The translations under genes and the position numbers were made by a program. Under the pieces are notes generated by a model. That model did no database searches. It worked only from the letters and a program-made list of their open reading frames with translations, and was not told where the DNA came from. From Selaginella moellendorffii (taxonomy: Eukaryota; Plantae; Lycopodiophyta), in assembly GCF_000143415.4 (NCBI RefSeq), contig NW_003314352.1, positions 488,278 through 552,277 on the forward strand: a stretch of 64,000 bases of DNA. The letters run 5' to 3'. Position 1 is the stretch's first letter, and each line of letters starts with the position of its first letter. Shown here piece by piece: positions 13,281 to 24,357 of the stretch.

Positions 13281-14243
13281 TACATTATTGTCTCCTTTGG
13301 AAGATAAGATGATAAATTAAGTGGAACATCTAGAGCTTTTATTAGGTGATTATAGAAAACTATAAGAATTTGAATTTTCTATAAAACCACCAACGTAGTT
13401 GCTAATAAGTATGACTAAAAAAAATTCAAAGCTATAAAATAAACATCAATTAATTATAGATTTCCGATGAACCAATTTCAACTCTATGTGCAATTGCTAA
13501 ATGTTCAAACCAACCTTGAATACATAACTTCGAACTAAAACAAAAGACTTTAAAAGCCATTATAATCCATAAAACATCATTATAGTAAATAATATATCCC
13601 ATCTTTAAGTTTGTTTATTGACAATCTTTTAAGACCATTATTAACTCAAATTTATGACTATTATCTTTATCTAACACCACATATAGAAAGTTGAACTCAC
13701 TCTATTTAATTTCTATATCCTCTTTATCCCTTCCTTTAAAGAAAAAACACTTTTAAAGTATCAACCTTATTCAAATTTATTGCATTAATCCTCATTCCAC
13801 TATCTATGTTCAACTTCACTTCACTATTGCATATATTCAACATCACTAAATTGGGGTTAAGTGTTTTATTCAAACTTGCTATATTCGTCTTTATTCCATA
13901 ATCTATGTTGTTCATCCTAGCACAACTACAATATCTATTTGTCCCCATTTTATCATTGAGGCCAAACTCCTATCTAGGAATTTTTAGCTACTGTCAAAAC
14001 AAAAATGATGAAAAAATAAAATATGCTCAAAACATAGAAATAAAGGGTTTTTTGTCTTAAAATACTTTAGCCACCACAAAATAAAGAAAAGATTCACACT
14101 CCTCAATATACAACTTAACCCTTGAGCTAAGAAAATTAATAAAAAATTGAACATAAACTCTTTAGCAACAATGATAAAACAAAGGCTTTTAATAACACTC
14201 ACAATTGAGGACATACACTCAATTTTAAACTCAAGCCAAAATG

Positions 14244-14396
14244 ACCAGAATTGAAACGGTCCATCCTTCTGTACGCCTTGGGTATGTTTTGAGCTCAAAA
14301 TGGGATAAGCTCACTCTGCGTGTTTTCTTCTCAGCCAAGCAAAGCTGTAATGGAAACCATTGAGGGAGTAACTCCAGATTCACTGCCCATTGACGA
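14244..14396 (+). pseudogene. Duplicated fragment of the methyltransferase 3' exons/intron (part of the inverted duplication)
   Basis: Reverse complement of ~1025-1190 with small deletions. Confidence 0.85.
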
Positions 14397-14495
14397 ATTA
14401 ACTTTACTAGCTAAAAGTATTTATCTAACCACATTTTAATCTAAGAATTAACTTTACTAGCTAAACGTATTTATCTAACCACATTTTAATCTAAG
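14396..14495. repeat. ~50 bp tandem duplication upstream of XRN copy 2
   Basis: aattaactttactagctaaa.gtatttatctaaccacattttaatctaag occurs twice. Confidence 0.85.
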
Positions 14496-14602
14496 ATACA
14501 ATTAATTACCTTTTCCCTCGCTACTATATAACAGCGAAAATGCTTGTGAGGGTTTATCACTTTCCATCCTCTCCAAGAGCGATCAAGCAAGACCAATCGA
14601 TC

Positions 14603-15852
14603 ATGGGAGTTCCTGGGTTTTTCGCTTGGCTCGTATCCAAGCATCCTCGGTGTGTGAGGGACGCGATTGATGGTGCCAAGAACAATATTCTTCGCTACGA
14701 CACCTTCGCCACTTTTTACCAAGAGTTCCTCGACTCGCTCCGCAAGCTCGTCGCCATGGTGGCTCCGACCAAGCTCGTCTTCCTAGCCCTGGATGGAAGG
14801 CCTCCCACCCCCAAGCTCTTCAGCAAGCTCTTCAAGAAGCCGTGTCGCTACAATCGCGATGCTTCTCTCTCCTCCTTGTCCTCCTCGGAGGATGAGCTCG
14901 ATTCCACCAAAGGTCAGACAGGTGATCTCATCCCACGCAATCGCAAGGCCAAGATGGCGATGGTCCGCCATGGAACGCCTTTCATGAACAGGCTGGAGAG
15001 TGAACTGCGACGATTTGTGGCAAGCATGATGCTGTCAAGTTCAGATGATCATCGCCGGAGGAGATCAATGACTAGCTCGAGGCTCCAGTGGATCGTTTCC
15101 ACGTCCGAGGAGGACGGGGAGGGCGAGCTCAAGATCTTCAACCACATACGGGCTCTGCCGTTCAACGCCCACGACTTCCACTGCGTGGTTGGACGCGACG
15201 CCGACTTGATCATGCTGGCTCTCGCTAGCCCACTCTCCAGGAAGATCAACATCGTCCGCCAGACGCCGAAGGACGGAGTGATGATTTACAAACTCATCAG
15301 CATCGAGACGCTCGTGCGTGATTTCGAGGTGCAGATGGAAGAGCCGTGCTCCGTGCGGCTGCGGTCCACCATGAGGGATCTCGTGTTCCTGTGCTTCCTT
15401 CTGGGGAACGATTTCTTGCCTGGCCTGGAGGCGCTCACAATCCGAAACAATGGCATCGACAAGCTCCAGCAAACGTACATGGAGGTTTCAGTGAGGTAGG
15501 GGAGTTTATAATCAACTGCGATGGGCATGTCAACACAAGAGCGTTGGAGCGATTTCTCTTGCATCTGCCAAGGAAATTGGGGACATCGAAGAAGTTGGAA
15601 TCTAATGTTGAGATGGGCATGACAATATGGTCATTGTATATCAACATTCTAAAGTGGTGTGTAGACTATTATTTCAATGGAGTGGTGTTAGACGAGTCCT
15701 ACTACTCGTGGGAGAATGCTCCAGCCATGGGAAGATTCGTCAACTTCATGGGCACACACTCACATGGCGTGGTAAATTCAAGACCTCTACTCCCACCAGT
15801 TACTGCTACAAGCGTTCTTAACTTAAGACCTCAGTGGTTGAAATCCTGTTAA
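14603..15852 (+). pseudogene. Intronless compact XRN-family exoribonuclease-like gene, copy 2
   Basis: MGVPGFFAWL, LALDG, GEGELK, GRDADLIML, DLVFLCFLLGNDFLP, then WCVDYYFNG...YYSWENAP (conserved region 2) after a frameshift near 15485. The NLYVDLN segment is deleted. Confidence 0.88.
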
Positions 15853-15949
15853 TATCGTATGGAAATGACTGTAAATTTGACCAGACTTTACAAACTTAGA
15901 TCTTTAATACTAATATATACATTTTAAAATCACAAAGAGTTCCCAGTAT

Positions 15950-17623
15950 GAGTCGTTGGAGAGACGGCTTCCTGCTATTGCAGAAGCTTCTACTTCTCGG
16001 CACGGTCTTGGAGAAGAGTGGTGTCAACCTTGAGGTTCTTGACGGCCTGGATGGTCGTACCTGGCACCTTGCTCACAAGCCCCAGCAGCACGTCCACCTT
16101 GCACCCCCGCTCCATGGTCAGCTCGATGTTTAGCCTGTGGAGCTCCTAATCGACGGCGGCAGCATAAGAATGTGCCGTCTCCCACGCTTGGATATGATCC
16201 CTGGTCTCGATGGAGCACCGCCGATCGAGTTGAGCGAGACGTTGAGCCGGTCCTGCCTGTAAGTCCGGACGTGTGAGGTAGAAGGCGTTGTGAGGGTCCG
16301 TCGTCACCTTTGCCTTGTCGTATCTAGAGTCGAGAGAGTCTGGCACGCCACCAGGAGCGTCGTCCAAGTCCGGCTCAAAAGGCATGGTGTCGATGAGCTC
16401 CACGGCCTGGCCGAACAGCCCCGTCCGGCACAGGGGATCCGCCAGGCAGTCGTAGTGAGCCAGCGTCGGTCTCACGCCATGATAGTCTTGGATCATGTTG
16501 GCGAAGTCAGGTGGATGCCGCTTGATCACTTCCACCATCATCATCCCGTTCTCGCTGAGAGGAGAGTCCCCTGCCTTCTTAGCAAGTTTGTGGCGTTTGA
16601 AAGCCGGATGATCACAGTAATGATCCACCGCCTCTGGTGCCTTCCTTTTGTTTCGAAGCAGCTCAAACCCCGAGTAGAATAGTCCTGTTTACAAGGAAAA
16701 GAGTTAGCCGATCACAGAAATCACGAAACAAACTTACTGTCAGGGAGAGTAAGTTCCCAGGGATTGAGAGGCGGATGATCACAGTAATGATCCACCACCG
16801 GCGGTGCCTTCCTCTTGTTTCCGAGCAGCTCAAACTCCCAGTAGAATAGCCCTGTTTACAAGGGAAAGAGTTAGCTGATCCCCCGTACAAATCAAGAAAC
16901 TAACTTACTGTTAGAGAGAGTAACTTTGAGGCGATCAAGAGGCGGGTGATCATAGTACTCCGGTGGTGCCTTCCTCTTGTTTCCAAGCAGCTCCACTCGA
17001 TCATGGTAGAATAGCCCTGTTAGGAAAAGAGTTAGCCAATCCCTCAGAAATCACGAAAAAACTTACTGCTAGGGAAAGTATGTTTGCGGTAATCGAGAGG
17101 GCCGTGATCATGGTAATGATCCACCGCTGGAGGTGCCTTTCCAAACAGCTCCACTGCGCCAAACTCCGGGTAGAATAGCCCTGTTTACAAGAAAAAGAGT
17201 TAGCCAGAAATCACGAAACCAGAGGAGATCATGGGAACCTTGACCCAGCTCGGGCTTCCAGGAGAGCTCCTGTACCTCCACCACCTTTTCATCGTCACAG
17301 CGTCGGATTTGCTGCCGCTCGGGCGGTTTGATGCAAAGCTGTTCGAGGGAGGATTCGTGCTGCGCCAAAAGAGAGCATTAACAGAATAGGAAAGGAAGGG
17401 GAAAACGAGAAAGGAAGAAGAGCCATACCTTTTCCTGTGCAGCTTCCATTTCCTGAGCCTGCAAGAACGAGGAAAGAAATCTTGAGAAGAAGACCCAAAA
17501 AAAACTTACCTGGATGAGAGAGTCCAAATCGTCCGGGAGCTCATCCTTGACATTCCACTCGGTGCATACAAAATCGACAGCAAAAATTATCTCCACAATC
17601 TGTAACATCTCCAGCAACACCAT
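15950..17623 (-). pseudogene. Chimeric gene: unknown N-terminal exons (including 4 tandem-duplicated exons) fused to PPR and degenerate DYW
   Basis: Exon 1 MVLLEMLQ...DSLIQ|; repeated exon LFYxxFELLxNKRKAPPVVDHYCDHP; then HYDCLADPLCRTG...IDTMPFEPD (PPR) and LGLVSKVPGTTIQAVKNLKV (DYW). Stops present. Confidence 0.65.
16590..17220 (-). repeat. Four degenerate ~165 bp tandem exon+intron units
   Basis: Recurring gtagaatagccctgtttacaag..aaaagagttagc...aacttact; on the minus strand each unit has a cag acceptor and the internal units end in a gtaagt donor. Confidence 0.85.
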
Positions 17624-17626
17624 CTT

Positions 17627-17648
17627 GGAGAGAGAGAGAGAGAGAGAG
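17627..17648. repeat. (GA)n/(CT)n microsatellite directly upstream of the ATG
   Basis: Direct reading; a similar (CT)n precedes the paralog at 22221, and another lies at 18409-18435. Confidence 0.85.
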
Positions 17649-18404
17649 CGAGAACAAGCAAATATCTAAAGAGAGATTATTTTGTAGTCTGGAAGTTTAG
17701 GGCTTTGGACGATCGGCCTCCAGCGAGGCAGGACAGTCTGGTACTCACTGCGCTGGTCGACATGTATGGTGTCTGCGACTCGCTGGATTCCAAGAGGATG
17801 GCCTTCTGGACGGCCGTGATCTTCCCACGTGCATAGCACTCTACCTCACCGGTGATGTTGCATCTCCATCGTTTCGCGAAGATGGGAGAACACGCTCAAA
17901 TCTCTTCCCACCTGCCAAGAACTTGGTGTCGTTGTTCATGGCTGCCTCGCCGTGGCTCCACTTATGCCCAGCGAGGGAGCTCCCGTACTTCTCCAGCGTC
18001 GGGGCTCCGATACACAGTTTTGTAAATGTTTTAATAATCAAATTATAAAGATGTTTATATTTCAAGTATATTCTATTTAATGTGTATAATTTATAACATT
18101 CTTAAATACATATTGCATGTTTCATATAAGTTGATTTGTGTTTTGGTATGCCATTGGATACTGCCATTTATGACTGCTTCAGAAAACAGGTTAACACCAA
18201 ATATTTCTGGTTCTTTGTTTTGCAACTTCAATTTTTGTAAACTCCCTCTCTTTGCATGGGAGGCAATGAAGTGCCACCATGAAAAGAGAGAGAGGGATGG
18301 GAGGAAGGGGAGCACAGGAGGCCTCCCATTAAACACCATCCTTCTCCACCTAGCTGGCAATGGTGTGGCATGATTACATAGCATTTCTCTCTTTCCACTC
18401 CTGT

Positions 18405-18439
<35 letters not shown>

Positions 18440-18777
18440 ACAACATTAGTTCCAATCACTTTAACTTGGACCAAAGCCTCTTTCATAGGACAGAGATGAG
18501 AGAAAAGAGGGTCTTGTCCTGGTATTTTCCTAGTCTTTTCCTTTGCATGCAATGCTAACCAGTGAGTAAGTATCTCTCCTTTTGCTTTGCTCCTCTAGAT
18601 TGGCAGATGTTGGGATACCCTCTTCTCTAAGGGGTTTGAGGTTCTTCTCTGGAATGGAAATGCTAGTCAACCCAAGCAGCAGCAGCAGCAGCAGCTAGAT
18701 TGGAAGTGCTCTTTTTTTTGCTCTCAAGGGGCAGCAACAATGATCATATGGAGGTTTCTATGAATTTGTGAAGCTCA

Positions 18778-19030
18778 ATGGTACTATTAGCTTTGGCATT
18801 ATGGAATATGGGCATGCTCTTCATCTTTGCACAACCTGGAGCTAGTAACTATTGCTACATAGTCTTCTCCTCTTGGATCATCCTTAGTCTTATTTTTCCA
18901 ACGGATGCCTTGCAAGTTTTCAAGCACACTCTTGGGAATCCACCAGAACTTTACAGGTGGATAGGTGATGATCCTTGCTTAGTTTTGTCATCATGGAGAG
19001 GAATCAAATGTGGTGGAGATAGCCATGCTA
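18778..19030 (+). pseudogene. LRR receptor N-terminal cap fragment
   Basis: DALQVFKHTLGNP...WIGDDPC...SWRGIKC (LRRNT_2-like); no downstream LRRs. Confidence 0.6.
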
Positions 19031-19378
19031 TTGTCCCACTGTTCAAATTCTTTTTTTCTTCATGAAGAACAAATAATGGTAAAAAATGTTTCTAAACTCC
19101 AAAATGTCAAAGAAGTGCTGGTCAAAAGCTGAGAAAAACCATAGTCGTTGGATGGACAGATGCAGATGGGAGTGGAAAGAGAGAAATGCTATGTAATCAT
19201 GAGTATTTACCCAACAAATGTTAGGTGGTTTACAAAAAGGTTTTATATTAGTATTGATTGTAAAAACAGAAGGATTTTGAGGAAGGAAGTGACCCTTGTG
19301 TGTGGTGTTTTGAACTTTAATTCCAAGTCCATATTGTAATGCATGTGATCATGGGATGAGATTTGAATATACTGTCAC

Positions 19379-20112
19379 TGTGGATCCTTGGAACCTTAGG
19401 GGATAAATGGGGATAAAATAGCCACTAAGGGCTCTCTCATCAAACAATTGCCCCTTTTCCAGTTGGCTTAAGGGGAGAGAGATAAAGTGTGTTATAGTTG
19501 GTATCGGAGCAAATGGCACGGGTTCGATTCCCATTGATTAGTGGCTACTTAAAATATAATATACCTTTGAGCAAGGTATATTCCTATCCCTAAATTTGAA
19601 ATTGTACGTATTGGGCATCCATGCGTACGTCCTTCCTTTTGTGTGGAGTATCCACGGACGAAGGTATCCACTGTGCGTATGTCCTTCCTTTTGTGTGGAT
19701 ACTGTAGATTCAGATGGTCTACACATGGTCTACACAATGGAAGGATTGGTAGATTCAGAAATATAATATACCCTTGAGCAAGGTATATTTCTATCCCTAA
19801 ATTTGAAATTGTACGTATTGGGCATCCATGCATACGTCCTTCCTTTTGTGTGGAATATCCACGGACGAAGGTATCCACTGTGCGTACGTCCTTCCTTTTG
19901 TGTGGAGTATCCACGAACGAAGGTATCCACTGTGGGACTGTGGAGTATCCACGGACGAAGGTATCCTGTAGGACATCTCTAAAGGGGGGGTGAGTGTAGC
20001 TACTTGGAACCTTAGGGGATAAATGGGGATAAAATAACCACTAAGGGCTCTCTCATCAAGCAATTGCCCCTTTTCCAATTGGCTTAAGGGGAGAGAAATA
20101 AGGTGCACTACA
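19379..20112 (+). mobile_element. TRIM (miniature non-autonomous LTR retrotransposon), ~118 bp LTRs
   Basis: Direct repeats 19379-19496 and 19995-20112; PBS-Met TGGTATCGGAGC after the 5' LTR; PPT AAAGGGGGGG before the 3' LTR; internal ~195 bp and ~50 bp tandem repeats. No clear TSD. Confidence 0.85.
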
Positions 20113-20199
20113 CATATGGTGATGTGCATCTTGATAAAGCCACATAAAGTTGTCCATGAGTGAAAATTGGGTGGGGCAAGTAAACTCTAACTCAGTCAA

Positions 20200-22165
20200 A
20201 TGTCCGTCCCTGGCATTGGAAATTGTCTTTTGGACATTTTGAATGGAATTTCAATATTTAATGGTATTAATGTGATATATAGGATAACAAATTTTGTCCC
20301 TTTAAATTGCCCCATCACAATTTCACAATTTAAAATATTTAGTAGTGCATTTTTCAAGATGAGAAGTGTGCCATTGCATAGTCCTATTGATGGAGACATA
20401 TTCTTTAGGAGGATAAAAATAACACTTTGTTTGAGAGAGAGTTTATGTAGTGGGAGACCAGAAAGTGTTATAGAATTTAAGAATTCTGTTGGAAAGCTTT
20501 TTAGGATGTTTAGTGTCAACAAAATCAATGCTTTCGTAGATATATATATCATTTTATAATTTAGAGACAATAGTGTTATTAATTGCAAATGTGTCATCGT
20601 TAAGTAGGGTAAGTATGACTCAATTGGCTGCAATATAAGGGTTTGAAATATCAAGTACTGAAGGGTAGACCAAATTAATAATAAATAAATAAATTAGTTG
20701 TATATAAGGTAATAAAACAAAGTTAGAAGGTAAAGATGGTAGATTTTGAAAATTTTCACCATTTCTGACTTTGAGAAGCCATTCAACCATCATTTTTAGT
20801 AAGCTGCATACTTTTTATCAAAGATAAATTTTTAAATAATCACCATAATTTATTCATTTTTACAAAACTTGAAACAATTTATGTTCTATGTCCATCTTTC
20901 AAAGATCTCAAGACAGTTAATAATATTTATTATGACACATTTCAACAAGTTGCAGATGCAATGGGGTTTATAGGTGATGATATTGAATGGGAAAAATGTT
21001 TAAAAAATACTTACTCTTTTAAAATGTCATCACAATTAAAATAATTATTTGTATTACTTTATATCTTTTGCACTCCAAAAGATCCTTACTTCTTATGGGA
21101 TAAATTTAAAGACTTCCTCTATGAAGATTTCATGCAAAAAAATTCAATTTTTTCATTATGAAAATGTTTTACATGATACAAAAATTAAAATGAGAATGCA
21201 TGGCAAAACTAATCAAAACTACCACGTATCTTTCCCATTTGAAAATTTTGATGATGAAAATATTGTCAACTCAACACAAATATATCAAAATGTTGAACAA
21301 AATATTCCTCAATTTAATCAAGAATAGTTAAATATTTTTAATGATATTTTTAATGTTATTGATCATCCAACTAAGCATAATCGATACATTTTCATTGATG
21401 GCCTTGGTGGTACTGGTAAAACATTCTTTTTAACACTCTTATAAATATTTTACAACTGAGAAAAATAAATATTGCTAACATAACAATGGATGGCGATATA
21501 AAATACATTTGGGGAATGACATTTTTTATATGTCAAATTTGCCAATTATGAGTATGAGAGTTAAATGTATAATATAAAAAGATTTCAGGATATATATATT
21601 GTTTAGCATTAGGTCATTTATATTTAATTTAAACTATTTTTTCAACATCGTACCATTTTGAGTAGTTTTCTGAAGTGTTATTTGTGCAAAACTTTCTATA
21701 AAATAAACATTTTAAAAATTTGGAAGATGAATCGGAAGATGGATTATAAAGGTTGAATGACCATGCATTTTAAATTTAAAGAGTCTCCATATTGGCTATA
21801 GAGTAGATACATAATATGTATTTAAAAAAGTTGAGATTTCATTCTAATTTAAAATATTATCAGGTTGTTGGGTTGTTGAATGGATTTCAATTGTAGCATA
21901 ATCATAACTTTTATAAACATATTTAAATAAATATTTAATACTTTTTATAGTAGCACAAATTTCAATATTAAAATGAGCATTATATTTTTTAAAAAGGTAT
22001 TTATTATAAGGCACTACCCTATGATTATCAATATAGCACCCAATTTTTAGAAATATGCAACCATTATCAGGTCTATAATAATTTGGATATCCATCAACAC
22101 TAAAAATAATTTTATAATTAAATTTTTTTGGATAACCTTTTACGCAAGTGCCATTTTCCATGCAA
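20200..22165. mobile_element. Helitron RepHel relic
   Basis: Minus strand: CVKGYPK..DGYP..VVPYNKYL..YNAHFNIEIC..KYLFKYVYK (Rep) and PTEFLNSI..GLPLHKL..GLCNGT..RQFP (PIF1 helicase). Plus strand: FIDGLGGTGKTF Walker A. Confidence 0.9.
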
Positions 22166-22220
22166 AGACTATTGGGTATTTACTTATTTCTAGCAAGTGC
22201 TCTCTCTCTTTCTTTCCAAG

Positions 22221-22668
22221 ATGTTATTTGAGCTATTACAGATAGCGGAAATCGTGCTTGCTTTCAACTTTGTATGCAGTGAATGGAATGTCAAGGACGA
22301 GCTCCCAAGTGATTTAGATGCTCTAATTGAGGTGAGTTTTGGGGCTTCTTCTCAATCTCTGATTCCTGCTTTTAGGCTCAGGAAATGGAAGCTGTATAGG
22401 AAAAGGCTAGCGTTTCTCCTTTTCCTCTCTCATTTTCCCTAAGAGGAAGGCGCTGGCGGTGGTGGATCATTACTGTGACCATCTGCCTCTCAAATGCTAC
22501 AAACTTGTTAACACGGTGGCGGACTCTCCTCTCAGCAAGAACTGGATGATAATGATGGAAGTGATCAAGTGTCATCCACCTGAGACGCAGCAGGTTTTTA
22601 ACTTCGCCAACATCTATCATGGCATGAACTTGGCGCTGGCTCACTACAACTGCCTGGCGGATCCTACT
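22221..22668 (+). pseudogene. Inverted paralog of the chimeric gene at 15950-17623, with a single repeat exon; truncated by the gypsy RT
   Basis: MLFELLQIAEIV...DLDALIE|, VVDHYCDHLP...DSPLS..HYNCLADP. Confidence 0.7.
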
Positions 22669-23804
22669 TGCCCAGGAAGCGCTGCACATCATTTACACAC
22701 TTCGGAGTAGGGAACTTTAGAACGGCTACAAGTTTGTCAGGATCAACTTGCAAACCCTCACGAGAAATATGGTACCCAAGATAAGTTGTGTCTTTGGACC
22801 CAAACACGCACTTCGACCACTTCAGCTTTAAACCAACGTCCCGTAACCTATCCAACACTTTACACACAAATGTGCTCCTCCCATGTCCCCTCCGAGTGAA
22901 TCAAAACATCATCAATGAAGTCAGTAGTCACCTCTGACATATCACAAAGAACCTCGTCCATCATTCACTAGAAAGTTGCTAGAGCATTATTCAAACCAAA
23001 CAGCATCACCAAAAACTTGTACAAATCAAATGGTGTACGAAAAGAAGTCTTAGGAATATCTTCTTCAGCCATCGGTACTTGGCAGTACCTAGAAGCAAGA
23101 TCTAGCTTAGTGAACCAACGACTTCGCCCTAAACGATCCAAGAGATCAGCCGTGTGAGGAAGAGGGTACACATCCGGGATCGTCACTTCATTTAACGGAC
23201 GATAGTCGATGCAGAAACGAATACTCCCATCAGGCTTCGTCACAAGATGAGGTTCATATGCCCAAGGACTCCACAACTTCCGAATAACAACATCCTTGAC
23301 GTTTGGACGTAAAATCTTGATCTTCTTGGGTGACCAATGACTAATAGGAACCTTGATTGGACGAACATCCCTGGTTGGAATGGGATGACATGTGGCAATC
23401 TTGGCCCCAGACAATAGGTCAAATTCAAAGAGATCAGAATACTCCTTCATGAGCTAGTCAACAGCTTTAACACAAAGATCGTCGGAGGGATCGGAAAAGG
23501 GAAGAGCAGAACAAGATGGAAACATAGGAGGAAATACTGGGGGAATAAAAGTAATGGAAGCAAAAGTAAAATGTGAGACACAAAATCCCTAGGCCCCAAA
23601 GTGGAGCCGGAAGGGCGCCACATGGTAGAGGCCGAAGCGAGAGCCAAACGAGCGTAACACGTTTGGACCAAAAGCTCCGACTTGAAAAGTCAAGAGCAGG
23701 AGTGGAACTCCCAACGAAGTGCTCGAGGAACGAGCACGAAGCGAGCAAAAGGCGAGGCTCCAAAAAGGGGACCCAAAAGGACCAACACATGACACGTGGG
23801 AGTG

Positions 23805-24357
23805 TCCGAGATGGAGTCCGAAGTGGAGTCCGAAGTGGACCCAAGATGGACCCGAGATGGAGTCCGAGATGGAGTCTGAGATGGAGTCCGAGGTGGACCC
23901 GAGATGGACCCGAAATGGAGTCCGAGATGGAGTCCGAGATGGACCCGAGATGGAGTCCGAGATGGAGTCCGAGATGGAGTCCGAGGTGGACCCAAGATGG
24001 ACCCGAGATGGAGTCCGAGATGGAGTCCGAGATGGACCCGAGATGGAGTCCGAGATGGAGTCCGAGATGGACCCGAGATGGACCCGAAATGGAGTCCGAG
24101 ATGGAGTCCGAAATGGAGTCCGAGATGGAGTCCAAGATGGACCCGAGATGGAGTCCGAGATGGAGTCCGAGATGGACCCGAGATGGACCCGAGATGGAGT
24201 CCGAGATGGAGTCCGAGATGGAGTCCGAGATGGAGTCCGAAGTCGAGACCGAGACCGGAACCGAGACCGGGACCGAGACCGAGACCGAGACCGAGATCGG
24301 GACCGAGACCGAGACCGAGGCCGAGGCCAAGACCGAGCCCGGGCCCGAGTCCGAGTC
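23805..24357 (+). repeat. Hexamer-based tandem array (GAGATG/GAGTCC/GACCC) inside the LTR
   Basis: Direct reading; repeated at 29588-30195, 45985-46360 and 52720-53135, with a related array at 32270-32560. Confidence 0.95.

Noticed and set aside
16590-17220. CRISPR-like array
   Set aside because: Whole units are homologous with splice sites, there are no unique spacers or cas genes, and the context is eukaryotic.
19620-19970. Hammerhead ribozyme/retrozyme (GGACGAA motifs)
   Set aside because: No CUGANGA core or GAAA-NUH arrangement found.
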